A stretch of 52,093 nt of DNA from NCBI RefSeq assembly GCF_001194135.2, contig NC_068990.1, positions 93,708,911 to 93,761,003 of the forward strand, given 5' to 3'. The position numbers and the translations under genes are program-made. Under the pieces are notes generated by a model. It had not been told where the DNA came from. It saw only the letters and a list, made by a program, of their open reading frames with translations, and made no database searches. Positions 25,101 through 35,144 of the stretch are shown here, one piece after another (the first letter of the stretch is position 1; every line of letters begins with the position of its first letter). This DNA comes from Octopus bimaculoides (taxonomy: Eukaryota).

Positions 25101-28100
25101 TAAAAAATGAATTCAGCATGCCACTTGGTCGGCATCTATTGTCATTTGGTGATAAATATGGTGGCAAGTTACTACAAGAAGCTTTGTCTTCAAAGTGGAC
25201 AGATAGAATGAGCAAAGTAGGACCCAGTAGTGATGTTCTCTTTGAACACCCACCATTCCTTGCAAATAATACAGACTCTAAAAGACAGAAATGTTCAAGT
25301 GAGTTCAACAAAACAGAATCAATCAGGTAAGTCTTTCAGCATTTTCTCATTCATCAGGATAATGCTTCAAAATAAACGTGTGAGTGTGTGTGTGTAGTAC
25401 TTGAGCATTTGAACAACAGTAGATAAAATAAGGTGCCTCAGTAGCACAGTAGGTGGAACATGTCTCATCAATCAAAGAGATTACATTCATTGGCATTTAA
25501 ATATGCATATTTGCTAGGAATTGAAGAAAACGAATGCTCCATGTATTATCTCCCCTGTTACAGTCAAGCTCTATTGGGTTGTCCGGAAAGTTCGTGCCGA
25601 TTTTTAAAGGAAAGAAAAGGGTCAATAAATACTTGCCATTACATTTTTAATCAACCAAATATGAACCATTTTGTTGCACAATGCGTCTCCATCTTTCCTT
25701 TAACTTGAAAATACCCTCTTCCCAGAATTGATGTGGTTTCATGGCAAATAAGTCGAAAGGTAAGCTACTATAAATCGGCACAAACTTTCCAGACAACCCA
25801 ATATGATTATCTAATTATAATAATATTGCATACAACAAGTAGTTACAAAATTATAACTTCATTATAATCATTAATTACACAGTTATAATTATTTTAAAAA
25901 AGTAAAACCTCTTGACTTTCCCTTTGGCGTTCAGATTACTGTTTGTTAAAGCTAAGACTTATTTATCCATATTTAAAAAAATGAATCCTGTCTTATCTTG
26001 TAGCATCAATATTTCAAAAAGATGTAATTGTTTATTTTAAAATGATATTGTAAGGAAGTGTAAGAGGCTAATCCTGGCCATTTTGAACATAAAAACAGGT
26101 ATAATATTTGGGCTGGATCTAGCTGGTTAAAGGATGAAATAAATATTACATTTCAGGCATAATTTGTTTTGTCATAAAGATGTTAATGCATTTTGCTTTT
26201 TATCTTCAATATGTGTGTGTGTGTGTGTGTGTATACACACCACTTATGTCACTAAGGATGGCAGTGGATGTCTTCTGTTTAGCTATAAACAATGACATTT
26301 TAAAGTCAGGACAGGTTGTAAACACACACACACAACAGGCTGCATACAATTTCTCTCTCGACCATTTGCTCTTACAAGGAATTGGCTGGCAGCTCTGGGG
26401 TACAGTAAAAAAACCATTCCTCAAGCTGCTGCATTGTGGAACTGAATCCAAAACCACTCAGTTGAGATGCAAGCTTCAATGTACACAGTCGCGCCTGTGC
26501 CTACATTTACATATCAACATGTTACACATACGCGTGTGTGTGTGTGTGTGCAAATATGAGTATGAATACAAACAAACGTATTGGAAAGCTATTTCTGTCA
26601 CTTTCAGAATTGCTCGAGATCTCTCAGACTGGATGCTGTTACTTGAACAGCAGAAGAAAAAAAATACTTTAAAGAAACCTGCTTTCAAAAAGAACAACCA
26701 CAACCATGAAACAGTGTTTCAGTTCAAGAAATTCTCAAACAATGGTCACTTTGAGGCCTGGCAAAAGCTCAAGTAAGTACTCCACTATCAACCGAGAACA
26801 CACAGGTTCATAAAGTGACTTGGATGATTATTGTATCCTTGGTTAGATCTATAACATTTGACAACTCCTGTACTTGCTGTTTGGAGTTGATTAAATTCTG
26901 TCTCCTTATCTATATTATCTCATTACTCACTTTCTATGATCTGTTAATTGATATCATGCTAAGAGGATGAAACTGTAATTAAATACCCTTCAAATACTTT
27001 GTAAAAGGCATTTAATGCAACTTACCTGAGTTGTCCAGCTGATAACAGGTTCCACTCCTATTTTATATTTGAGTAATTAACTGCAAGTGCCTCTCATCAT
27101 CATCATCATCATCGTTTAACGTCTGCTTTCCATGCTGGCATGGGTTTAGATGGTTTGACAGGTCTGGAGAGCCACCAGCTGCATCAGGCTCCAATCTGAT
27201 CTGGCAGTGTTTCTACAGCTGGATGCTCTTCCTAACGCCAACCACTCCAAGAGTGTAGTGGGTGCATTTTACATGCCACCAGCACAGGAGCCAGTCAGGC
27301 TGGCCTGGCATTGATCACATTCGGATAGTGCTTTTTACGTGCCACTAGCAAAGGAGCCAGTCAAGTGGTCCTGGCATCCATCAGGCAGTCCTGACTTCGA
27401 TCAGGCAGTCCTGATTTTATTAATTATTGCTTCAATAATGTGTTCATGTCTAAATCATTTCACTTACCTGGTAGAAAATGGACATAAAACAGAAGAGAAT
27501 AAACTTGTTACTTCAACTGTTGTTCATTCTGTTTGATGCAATAAATCATGTTCTTTATTTAAATCAACAATCTATTTATAAAAATCTCTAATTTTTTCCC
27601 TTCATCTCTTGATAATCATTATGTTTCTTATATTAGATCTGACTACCAAAAATATGAACTGCTTCCTTTTGAAAATGGTCCCAGAAATAAGAAGGATTAC
27701 CTTAGAAATATTCCTCGAAGAAATGATACATTCTATGTGTTATCTTTAAGTATGGTAAGTTACTATGATCATAGTGCTTTTATTTTTTTTGAGTGTTTAC
27801 AAATGCCAAGGCATTAAAGATGTCTTGTATTGTCTCCGTAGGATCACTTTCTACTCCCTGCAACTGCGCACAATAAAACTATGCGACCTCGGATGTCCAT
27901 GATGATGCCAGCATTAGCCCTCAATGGTGAGACTCTCAGTTTTATTTACTTTATTGCAACATTGTACTTATAGATAGATACTGTCTCCAATAATTAATAT
28001 GGTGTAAGGATAGGAAGTTGGCTTTAGGAAGGGCCAAACTGGAACCTGGATTGGCTCTGATGAAGGTAGCATTAATTTTCTTAGGTCTCTCAATTTACCT

Positions 28101-28366
28101 CAATTGATCAATAGACCAATTGAGTGAACCTATCTGTAATGACTATTGGAAACAGGTGTAAACTAGATTTGTTTCAATAAAGGAATTATATGTAAGGACC
28201 ATAATTTTAAACTTGTTTCTTATACATCACTCTGAGGCAAAACCAGTTTATCTGGAGCCCACCCACAGATTTACAATAGAGAATTGTGATGAACCATAAT
28301 TTGGGACCCTACCAAAAGACGGACTTGGAGGTTTGACATCCCTTTGAAGGATTTCGGTCCTCCCCT

Positions 28367-28400
<34 letters not shown>

Positions 28401-28668
28401 ATCATCATCACAGTTCTTGTTTCTAAATTTGTAGGGATTCTGTCTCTGATTTCTATTTGAAGCCTTTTTTCCTATTTTTCTCCATTTTCTAGATTCTGTG
28501 CACCGTCCGGACGGAAGTATTGGACTGATTCAAATTGACTGTGAAGTTGTCAGCACCCAACTTATACACGTTCACGATAAGTACGAGGCAAGAAACCAAT
28601 TACAACCAAATGGCTCTCATTCTGTTCACACCAACAGCAAACCAACAAAACACAAGAGAAAAGTATAA
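14957..28668 (+). CDS. ATF6: ATF6 (cyclic AMP-dependent transcription factor ATF-6), 14 coding exons, ~651 aa
   Basis: Hand-spliced GT-AG exons 14957-15026, 17669-17736, 18072-18165, 19397-19536, 19692-20004, 20694-20872, 22468-22545, 22887-22994, 23842-23939, 25063-25326, 26608-26772, 27637-27754, 27842-27926, 28493-28668. Total 1956 nt with all phases consistent. Hallmarks: N-terminal [19 protein letters not shown], basic region [22 protein letters not shown] plus leucine zipper, TM helix, S1P site RHLL, luminal C...[32 protein letters not shown] and QIDCEV. Confidence 0.95.
16166..16892 (-). mobile_element. Two tandem SINE (family 2) copies in ATF6 intron 1, split by a gap
   Basis: GGCTGTGTGGTAAG..GGTTCAGTCCCACTGCGTGGCA..GGAAACTGAAAGAAGCCCGTCG consensus on the minus strand. 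Confidence 0.75.
17669..17736 (+). CDS. ATF6: ATF6 coding exon 2
   Basis: ttttcag acceptor, GTGAGT donor, open in phase 1->0 ([23 protein letters not shown]). Confidence 0.75.
18072..18165 (+). CDS. ATF6: ATF6 coding exon 3
   Basis: polyT-ggcag acceptor, GTAAGT donor, phase 0->1 (ISINSSPIQ...DSSDSGVH). Confidence 0.8.
18470..18806 (-). mobile_element. SINE (family 2) in ATF6 intron 3
   Basis: Collinear similarity with 16520-16892; partial extra copy at 19155-19292. Confidence 0.75.
19397..19536 (+). CDS. ATF6: ATF6 coding exon 4
   Basis: LKPEPLSP...[10 protein letters not shown] typical of ATF6; canonical splice sites. Confidence 0.88.
19692..20004 (+). CDS. ATF6: ATF6 coding exon 5
   Basis: 313-nt open exon containing KVKIKPR; canonical splice sites; phase 0->1. 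Confidence 0.85.
20694..20872 (+). CDS. ATF6: ATF6 coding exon 6
   Basis: gaacag acceptor, GTAAGT donor, open in phase 1->0. Confidence 0.8.
22468..22545 (+). CDS. ATF6: ATF6 coding exon 7 (bZIP basic region)
   Basis: [26 protein letters not shown]. Confidence 0.95.
22887..22994 (+). CDS. ATF6: ATF6 coding exon 8 (leucine zipper)
   Basis: [36 protein letters not shown] heptad leucines. Confidence 0.93.
23842..23939 (+). CDS. ATF6: ATF6 coding exon 9 (transmembrane segment)
   Basis: [33 protein letters not shown]; canonical splice sites. Confidence 0.88.
25063..25326 (+). CDS. ATF6: ATF6 coding exon 10 (site-1 protease site RHLL at 25130-25141)
   Basis: GRHLLSF...[13 protein letters not shown] matches ATF6 RHLL and C..NTTESLR motifs. 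Confidence 0.92.
25574..25801 (-). mobile_element. Mariner internal-deletion derivative (MITE) in ATF6 intron 10
   Basis: 30-bp TIRs TTGGGTTGTCYGGAAAGTTYGTGCCGATTT (28/30 match), TA target duplication on both sides; interior retains the transposase C-terminus [24 protein letters not shown] on the minus strand. Confidence 0.88.
26608..26772 (+). CDS. ATF6: ATF6 coding exon 11
   Basis: IARDLSDWM... continues the ESLRL..EL.GW motif; phase 2->2. Confidence 0.88.
27096..27385 (+). mobile_element. SINE-like repeat (family 3) in ATF6 intron 11
   Basis: Similar to 6100-6445. Confidence 0.7.
27637..27754 (+). CDS. ATF6: ATF6 coding exon 12
   Basis: [13 protein letters not shown] motif. Confidence 0.93.
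27842..27926 (+). CDS. ATF6: ATF6 coding exon 13
   Basis: [24 protein letters not shown] motif. Confidence 0.95.
28493..28668 (+). CDS. ATF6: ATF6 terminal coding exon 14
   Basis: [16 protein letters not shown] motif; TAA stop at 28666-28668. Confidence 0.92.
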
Positions 28669-29179
28669 GAGCAAATCTTTTGGGACTCATATTTTTTTAT
28701 TTATTCATATTTATTGTTTGGGGATATTTTCACCTTGGTAACTGTTTCTATGAGTTAGCAGAGTAACGTGGATGTTGACAGAAACTCTAGTTATACATTA
28801 TACATTCAGACACGTATACTTCTTTATAATACACAATATACATTGGTTTCATATCATTATGGCGTGAGTTGTTACAATATGGGGTTGAAACCTTGCGGGA
28901 GCAACTACGCAAGTGTATTGAGTGGATGTACATACTTGAGGTACGCATTCGACAGGCTCAGGAGGAGAGTTTATTGAGTGGTGGTAAAATATATCAGAGA
29001 GGGAGCATAGTGTTCATTCATAACTAAGAGAGAGAGAGAGAAATATGACCTTCAGTTGCTGTTTAGAATATGTGTGTGTGTGTGTGTGTATACATGTATA
29101 GAAGTTAGTCTACACACCTGTGTGTGTATACAAGTCATTTTGTATATGCATTGTTGTGTATATACTACTGGTTCTGTAT

Positions 29180-29535
29180 GTTGGGGCAAGCATGGCTGTG
29201 TTATTAAGAAGCTTGCTTTGCAACCACGGGGTTTCAGGGTTGGTCCCACTGTGTAACACTTTAGGCAAATTTCTTCTATAACCCCAGGCTAATCATTGCC
29301 TTGTGAGTGAATTTGGTGGATGGAAACTGTGCAGAAGACTGTCATATGTATATGTGTGTGTGTGTATCTCAGTGTTTGTACCCCACCACACCACCTGTTG
29401 GTTTGTTTATGTCCCTCGTAATTTAGCAGTTTAGCTAAAGAGACCAATAAAATGAATACCAGGTTTAAAAAATAAGCCTTACAAGTCAGTGCCCCAGCTT
29501 GGCCACAGTCCAGTGACTGAAACAAGTAAAAGATG
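29180..29535 (+). mobile_element. SINE (family 2)
   Basis: Plus-strand copy of the same consensus; other copies at 10072-10230, 24360-24480, 36845-37205(-), 45315-45575. Confidence 0.7.
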
Positions 29536-31256
29536 TACATATATGTGTATGTTTGTGTGTGTGTATTTATACAAGTGAGTCTATATAGACAAGTGTGTAT
29601 ACAAATGTTTTGTGAGAATTCAACAGTTAAACATGCTTCTAATAGAAGTGTGAGGAATTTTTCTTCTCCATGTAGAAATGCATGTTGAATGATATATTCT
29701 TTCTGTGTAAAAGGAGCCATGTTCTCTCCAAGTACATGTAGGAAGATCTGTTCTGTTGGCAACAACACATGTAGCAAAAATGGTCTTCAAGCAGCATAGT
29801 ACGTGTGGAATTGTCTGTTGTTTGAGTTGCAGCAGTTGATGTAGAATGGTCCTTTGTGTTGGCGAAAGCATGAATAAGGAGTGCCCTGTTTTGTGTGCAA
29901 CACAATACATGTAATCAAGGCTGTGTCTTTGAAAAACAGCATTTGTAGAAAGAGCTGTCGCTAATTATGTATGCATGTTGATATCACACACTATTCACTT
30001 AGTGAAAGAGAATGAATTCAGCCATGAAAATCATCTGACAAGAGGCCAAAATGGCTTCACTGCAATTCGAGAATGAAAAAAGCTTGCAGGCTGTGTAATG
30101 CATTGAAATATCTTTTGCTCTCCTGATAGCTTTCTTGGAGTTTTGACTGAAAATAAACACTTTCACCACTCTTGATATCTCTTGTTTATTATTGATATCC
30201 CTTGCTATTAGCAATTTACTTTTAACGAACAATCTTTTTTTTATTAATACCAGTGACGATCGGAAAGAAGAGATAAATATATGGATTGTGATTTTAGTTG
30301 GTATCGTATGGTGCAACTTCTTGATAATATGTCTCACATAGAGCTAAATCCAGTGAAGAGGTTAAACACTGAGGATCAGCAATTATATACGAACCGGCTG
30401 CCCAGTCTATCAGTAACAACAACAAAACACTTTCCATCGCAATGTTGACATTGAGTCGCCTCCTTTGTCAACCAAAGGATTGACTGACAGGTTCATGCGA
30501 CGACGAAAATACGTGTTTTGACACTTCAAATTCTTCCAAATACTTCAAGTATTTCAAATTTCCACCAGATTTTTCTTCCCTGAAGTAGTTTTGCATCTGA
30601 CGACGAAAATTACATTTTTTAAATATTTTCTTTAAATTAATTTTTAAAAGCTCAGAACTATTTAAAAATGTAGTAATTTCAGCCAATCAGAAACCTCTAT
30701 TACCGATATACCGTTTCCATGGGAACTCAGCTACAAGAAAACATAAAACGTCAGCAAGTAAAGCCCAGTCTCTCGACCTGCTAGATATAGCAGTCAAATC
30801 TTCCTTAAACAACATCAGATCTAAAAAAAAAAAACTAAAAAAAACGACACATTGTGCCACACCATTTTCTCGCTTGAGGGAGGCTCAAGTGCTTTCCACT
30901 TGTTGAGTGTTATTAATAACATTTAAATTAAAGTCAATATTCACGGATGTAATTTTTCATCGAACTCAAGGCTCTTAAAATACTGGACACCACAGATCGA
31001 TATTAAGTGTACTTTCTCTTATGATGAAATTCTAAACAAGGTTTAGTGGTGGAGAAAGAATCGATTAGCGAAGTTGTTTTACCTGAAGAATAGCGTTGAT
31101 CACCTCCATCACCAAAAACACCATCATCATCATCATCATGATCGTGGTCGTCAACACTACACTTCTTACAATAGCAATATTGGTAGCAATTCTTCCTCCA
31201 CCACCATCGCCCACTGCTTTCTTTTAAACTCTAATAAATATGATAAGGATTAATTA

Positions 31257-31787
31257 GACAGACAGACAGATAGATTTCTTTATTAGCCACGCAGGGCCGA
31301 ACACAGAGGGAACGGATCTTTGTGATTTGACGGGCAACATTTTTTTATGTAGTGTTTTTTGGTACCGAAACACTTTCAAACTTCGAATACTTGTCTATTT
31401 TGTGATTGGTTGAAATTACAGAAATACGACAACTTTAACATGAAATAATTTGCGATGTACAATTTTTTGTTAAGAAGGTTAAGAGAAGTTGTTTTATATG
31501 ACACATTCTACCAGTGTCCCAAGTTTGAAAGTGTTTCGTTAAGAAAACAAGTGTTGCCCGTCAAATCACAAAGATCCGAGGGAACAATATAATGTAGAAC
31601 TTTTCNNNNNNNNNNNNNNNNNNNNNNNNNNNNNNNNNNNNNNNNNNNNNNNNNNNNNNNNNNNNNNNNNNNNNNNNNNNNNNNNNNNNNNNNNNNNNNN
31701 NNNNNNNNNNNNNNNNNNNNNNNNNNNNNNNNNNNNNNNNNNNNNNNNNNNNNNNNNNNNNNNNNNNNNNNNNNNNNNNNNNNNNNN

Positions 31788-31849
<62 letters not shown>

Positions 31850-33135
31850 CATGCTCAAAGTGGTTTCCTCTTTCACGCGTGCCATCTTTGCTACATTCAC
31901 CCACCTTTTATTGAAATTTTCATGAGACAAAGCTTCCCTCTCTATTCTCACCTTCCTTTTCAAGAGGTACTTGAAAAAGTTGATGAGCGGTTGGCCAGAG
32001 AGGAAAGTGTTTGTCTCTAAACCTTTCGCACTAGTCTACCACACACATTCTTTCACCGTAGCCACCAGTACTATGAAAACTGCATTGCCTTCCCGGTTAA
32101 AGGAAGGTTGCGGGGCAATATTCACGATAGATTCGGCCTACAACTGAATCCGTCCCACACGTGACGACAGCCATTCGACATAAGCCCACAGGTCTGAAAT
32201 GTTTGGACATTGCACGAGTGCGTGTAGAACGGTTTCGTCGCTCTGACTGCATCTCGGACAAGTCGGTCCGGTGTGTTTCGAACCGTGCCTGTAGAGCTTA
32301 TCTCGAACGGGCAATGCTTCTCGACTGCACTTGCCAGGCCAGGGATCTCTGGTGATTGTCCATAGGTCCCGGCCCGAAAGTGGTCCTGAAGAGGCGGGTC
32401 AGGTATTTCTCGTCGACGCCCAGAGTCTCCTCAATGACGTCGTCGCACCTCCCCTCCACTAATCCTCTATAGAATTGAAGTTGCATAAGTTTGGTCCCGG
32501 ACGGCAAAGCGACATTCGCCTAGCCTCGGTCTCTGTTTGATCCAGGACTGCAGTTCGGCTGAAGAGACGAGTTGCGGGAAAGCGCGTTTCATAAACTGCG
32601 ACCACACCTGTTCATCGTCGCCTACGAAGCGCTGGAGATGTCGCAGTGTCAGCGCATATCTGCGCATCATCAACCACGGCATGTCCAGCCCTCCATTTAG
32701 CGGGTGTTGACAGCAAATGTATTGCCTAACCATCGGAAAGTTTCCCATCCACAAAAAGTGGAAGAGTATGCGCTCCAGTTTTGTGATGGAAGGGTCGGGA
32801 CAAGGCACGACGGTCAGACGGTAATAGATAACAGATGTGATGTACGCGTTCGCCACCTCCGCCCGACGTTTTAGGGATAGCTTCCTCTCGGCCCATTGCT
32901 AGGCGCGAGTGGCCACCCTACTCGTTATTTCATCCCAGTTCTTCCCCATTTGGAGGTCTGGTCCGAACCAGACTCCGAGCAATTTAACCGGTCCGTCGGT
33001 CCAGTGTGCCACGATGGTGACGCTGTTGGACGTTATGGGCTTGCTTCTCCAGGTGCCGAGCCGCAAGCTCACTGGCTTTTCCGGGTTAATTTTCGCTCCC
33101 GTAACCGCTTCGTATTCTTTTAGTGTCTCGCCGAC
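31257..33135 (-). mobile_element. 5'-truncated Tx1/L1-like non-LTR retrotransposon
   Basis: Minus-strand ORF2 fragments: RT end (TGAKINPEK..LLGVWFGP), KLERILFHFLW..P.NGGL.MP, zf-RVT CPRCSQSDETVLHALVQCP; 3' AATAAA (31279-31284) and (TCTG)n tail; interrupted by a gap, (GA)n and a MITE. Confidence 0.85.
31313..31578 (+). mobile_element. MITE with 27-bp TIRs and 6-bp TSD (AGGGAA)
   Basis: CGGATCTTTGTGATTTGACGGGCAACA... and its reverse complement ending 31578; AGGGAA at 31307-31312 and 31579-31584. Confidence 0.85.
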
Positions 33136-34010
33136 CGGATAGCTAGCTTCAAAAGTAGTAGCTTAATGTCTTTAAAGACCGTGTTGAGAAATGTGTATGT
33201 GTGTCTACATACATACATACATAGACAAAGGCACGCAGACAGACATACATTACGTAGGCACACACACACAGACACATCTGCATACATACATACATACACA
33301 CACACACATACATACGTACGTACATAGAAACAGAGAGACAGAGCGAAAGGGATTGGGAGTGTATTGGGTGAGAGGAGGACAAGTGAAAGAACGCTACGAC
33401 TGCGTTGGAGACTATGCGCGTCTGGCAGAAGGCAGACAGAGTGAGAGAGAGAGAGAGAGAGAGAGAGGTTTGCAATTAACAGTCTTTTGCATTTTCCCAT
33501 CTAAATCACTTTTAATAACACAATATGGAGTAAAATCGTGTAGAGTCTTGAATACATTTAATACCAACATTTCATTACTGCATCTCAAGACCTCTCTCTC
33601 CTGCCTGCAACATTGATTGCATTATCCACGCTTCTCGTTACTATTTACCCTGGACAAAGTAATAGAACAACTCGTTTATCTAAATACATCGAGTACAATA
33701 TCAACAAGTGTGTCTTTCATAATGTAATTTGAGGAGGAATTAGTTACTAGTTATTTCATTGGATGTATCTTATTTTAAATTGGTTTAGCAACACTTGGAG
33801 GAAAGTGTTTCTAAAAGTATTAAATTATATTAGGGACCTTTAACGTGTATCACCGGTGTTATTCAGGGAGCGTAAAATTATGAACGACACCGCTTCTCTT
33901 GGATGTTTATAAACAATCCGACCAAATTAATTAAACCGTGTTGTCATTAAATCATGTAAACACGGCACCATGGTATCCAAGACAAGAAGCTGAACTATAA
34001 TAGAATTGAT

Positions 34011-35144
34011 ATGGAGGAGGTTAATACCTCGGACAATTTTAAAACAACGACTTTTACGAATCCAAGGACACAGAGAGATGAGAAACCTTTGCAGAGAGAA
34101 ACGTTTACTAACGAGGCATCGTTACACGGGAATGTCTCTGAATATTGCTGTGAGATTTGTAGGAAGACATTCGGTTCAGAGCGTGAAGTCTTCGCGCACA
34201 AAGAAATACACGACAGGAAAAAACCTTTTCACTGTGGAATCTGTGGGAAACATTATGCATTTAAGAGTAGTTTAACGATCCATAAACTAATCCACACCGG
34301 AGACAAACAGTTCCCTTGTGAAGTGTGTGGGAAATATTTTGCCTACAAAAGTAATTTAACGAAACACAAAAGAATACACACCGGAGAAAAGCTGTTTCGT
34401 TGTGAAATCTGTGAGAAATCTTTCGTGAATGTTTCTCATCTTGAAGTTCATAAAAGAGTACACACTGGAGAAAAACCTTATCATTGTGAAATATGTGGAC
34501 AATCATTCGCCTTTGATAAAGGCCTTACAGCTCACAAACGAATACATACTGGGGAGAAACCGTTTCGTTGTGAAATGTGTGGGAAAACTTTTGGTGATAA
34601 TTGGGGCCTTGTTATCCACGTTCGTCGTCACACTGGTGAAAAACCTTACCACTGTGAAATATGCGGAAAATATTTTATCACTAATTATATTTTAACAACG
34701 CACAAAAGGACACACACTGGAGAGAAATCATGCCAGTGTGAAGTATGTGGACAGTCTTTCTATAATAATACGGCTCTTATTCTCCATGTACGTAGTCACA
34801 CCGGAGAAAGACCTTACCATTGTGAAATATGTGGGAAACGTTTTATCACAAACGGTAATTTAACAATACACAAAAAAATACACACCAGAGAAAAATCACA
34901 TCAATGTGGAATGTGTGGAGAATCATTTGGTAGTAATTATCATCTTGAAGCTCACAAAAGAATACTACATGGAGAAGGAATACGGTATCGTTGTGAAATA
35001 TGTGAAAGGATTTTTAGATCTAACAGTAACTTAAAAAATCACATAAGAATACACACTGGAGAAAAACCGTTTCGCTGTGAAATATGTGGAAAAGGGTTCG
35101 ATAAGAATTCTCGTCTTGTTGTTCACAAAAATAAAGCACACTGA
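34011..35144 (+). CDS. C2H2 zinc finger protein (12 tandem fingers, TGEKP linkers, no recognisable KRAB/BTB/SCAN in this exon)
   Basis: 377-aa ORF with repeated CxxC-12-HxxxH and HTGEKP linkers; upstream exons not excluded. Confidence 0.93.
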   Translation: MEEVNTSDNFKTTTFTNPRTQRDEKPLQRETFTNEASLHGNVSEYCCEICRKTFGSEREVFAHKEIHDRKKPFHCGICGKHYAFKSSLTIHKLIHTGDKQFPCEVCGKYFAYKSNLTKHKRIHTGEKLFRCEICEKSFVNVSHLEVHKRVHTGEKPYHCEICGQSFAFDKGLTAHKRIHTGEKPFRCEMCGKTFGDNWGLVIHVRRHTGEKPYHCEICGKYFITNYILTTHKRTHTGEKSCQCEVCGQSFYNNTALILHVRSHTGERPYHCEICGKRFITNGNLTIHKKIHTREKSHQCGMCGESFGSNYHLEAHKRILHGEGIRYRCEICERIFRSNSNLKNHIRIHTGEKPFRCEICGKGFDKNSRLVVHKNKAH

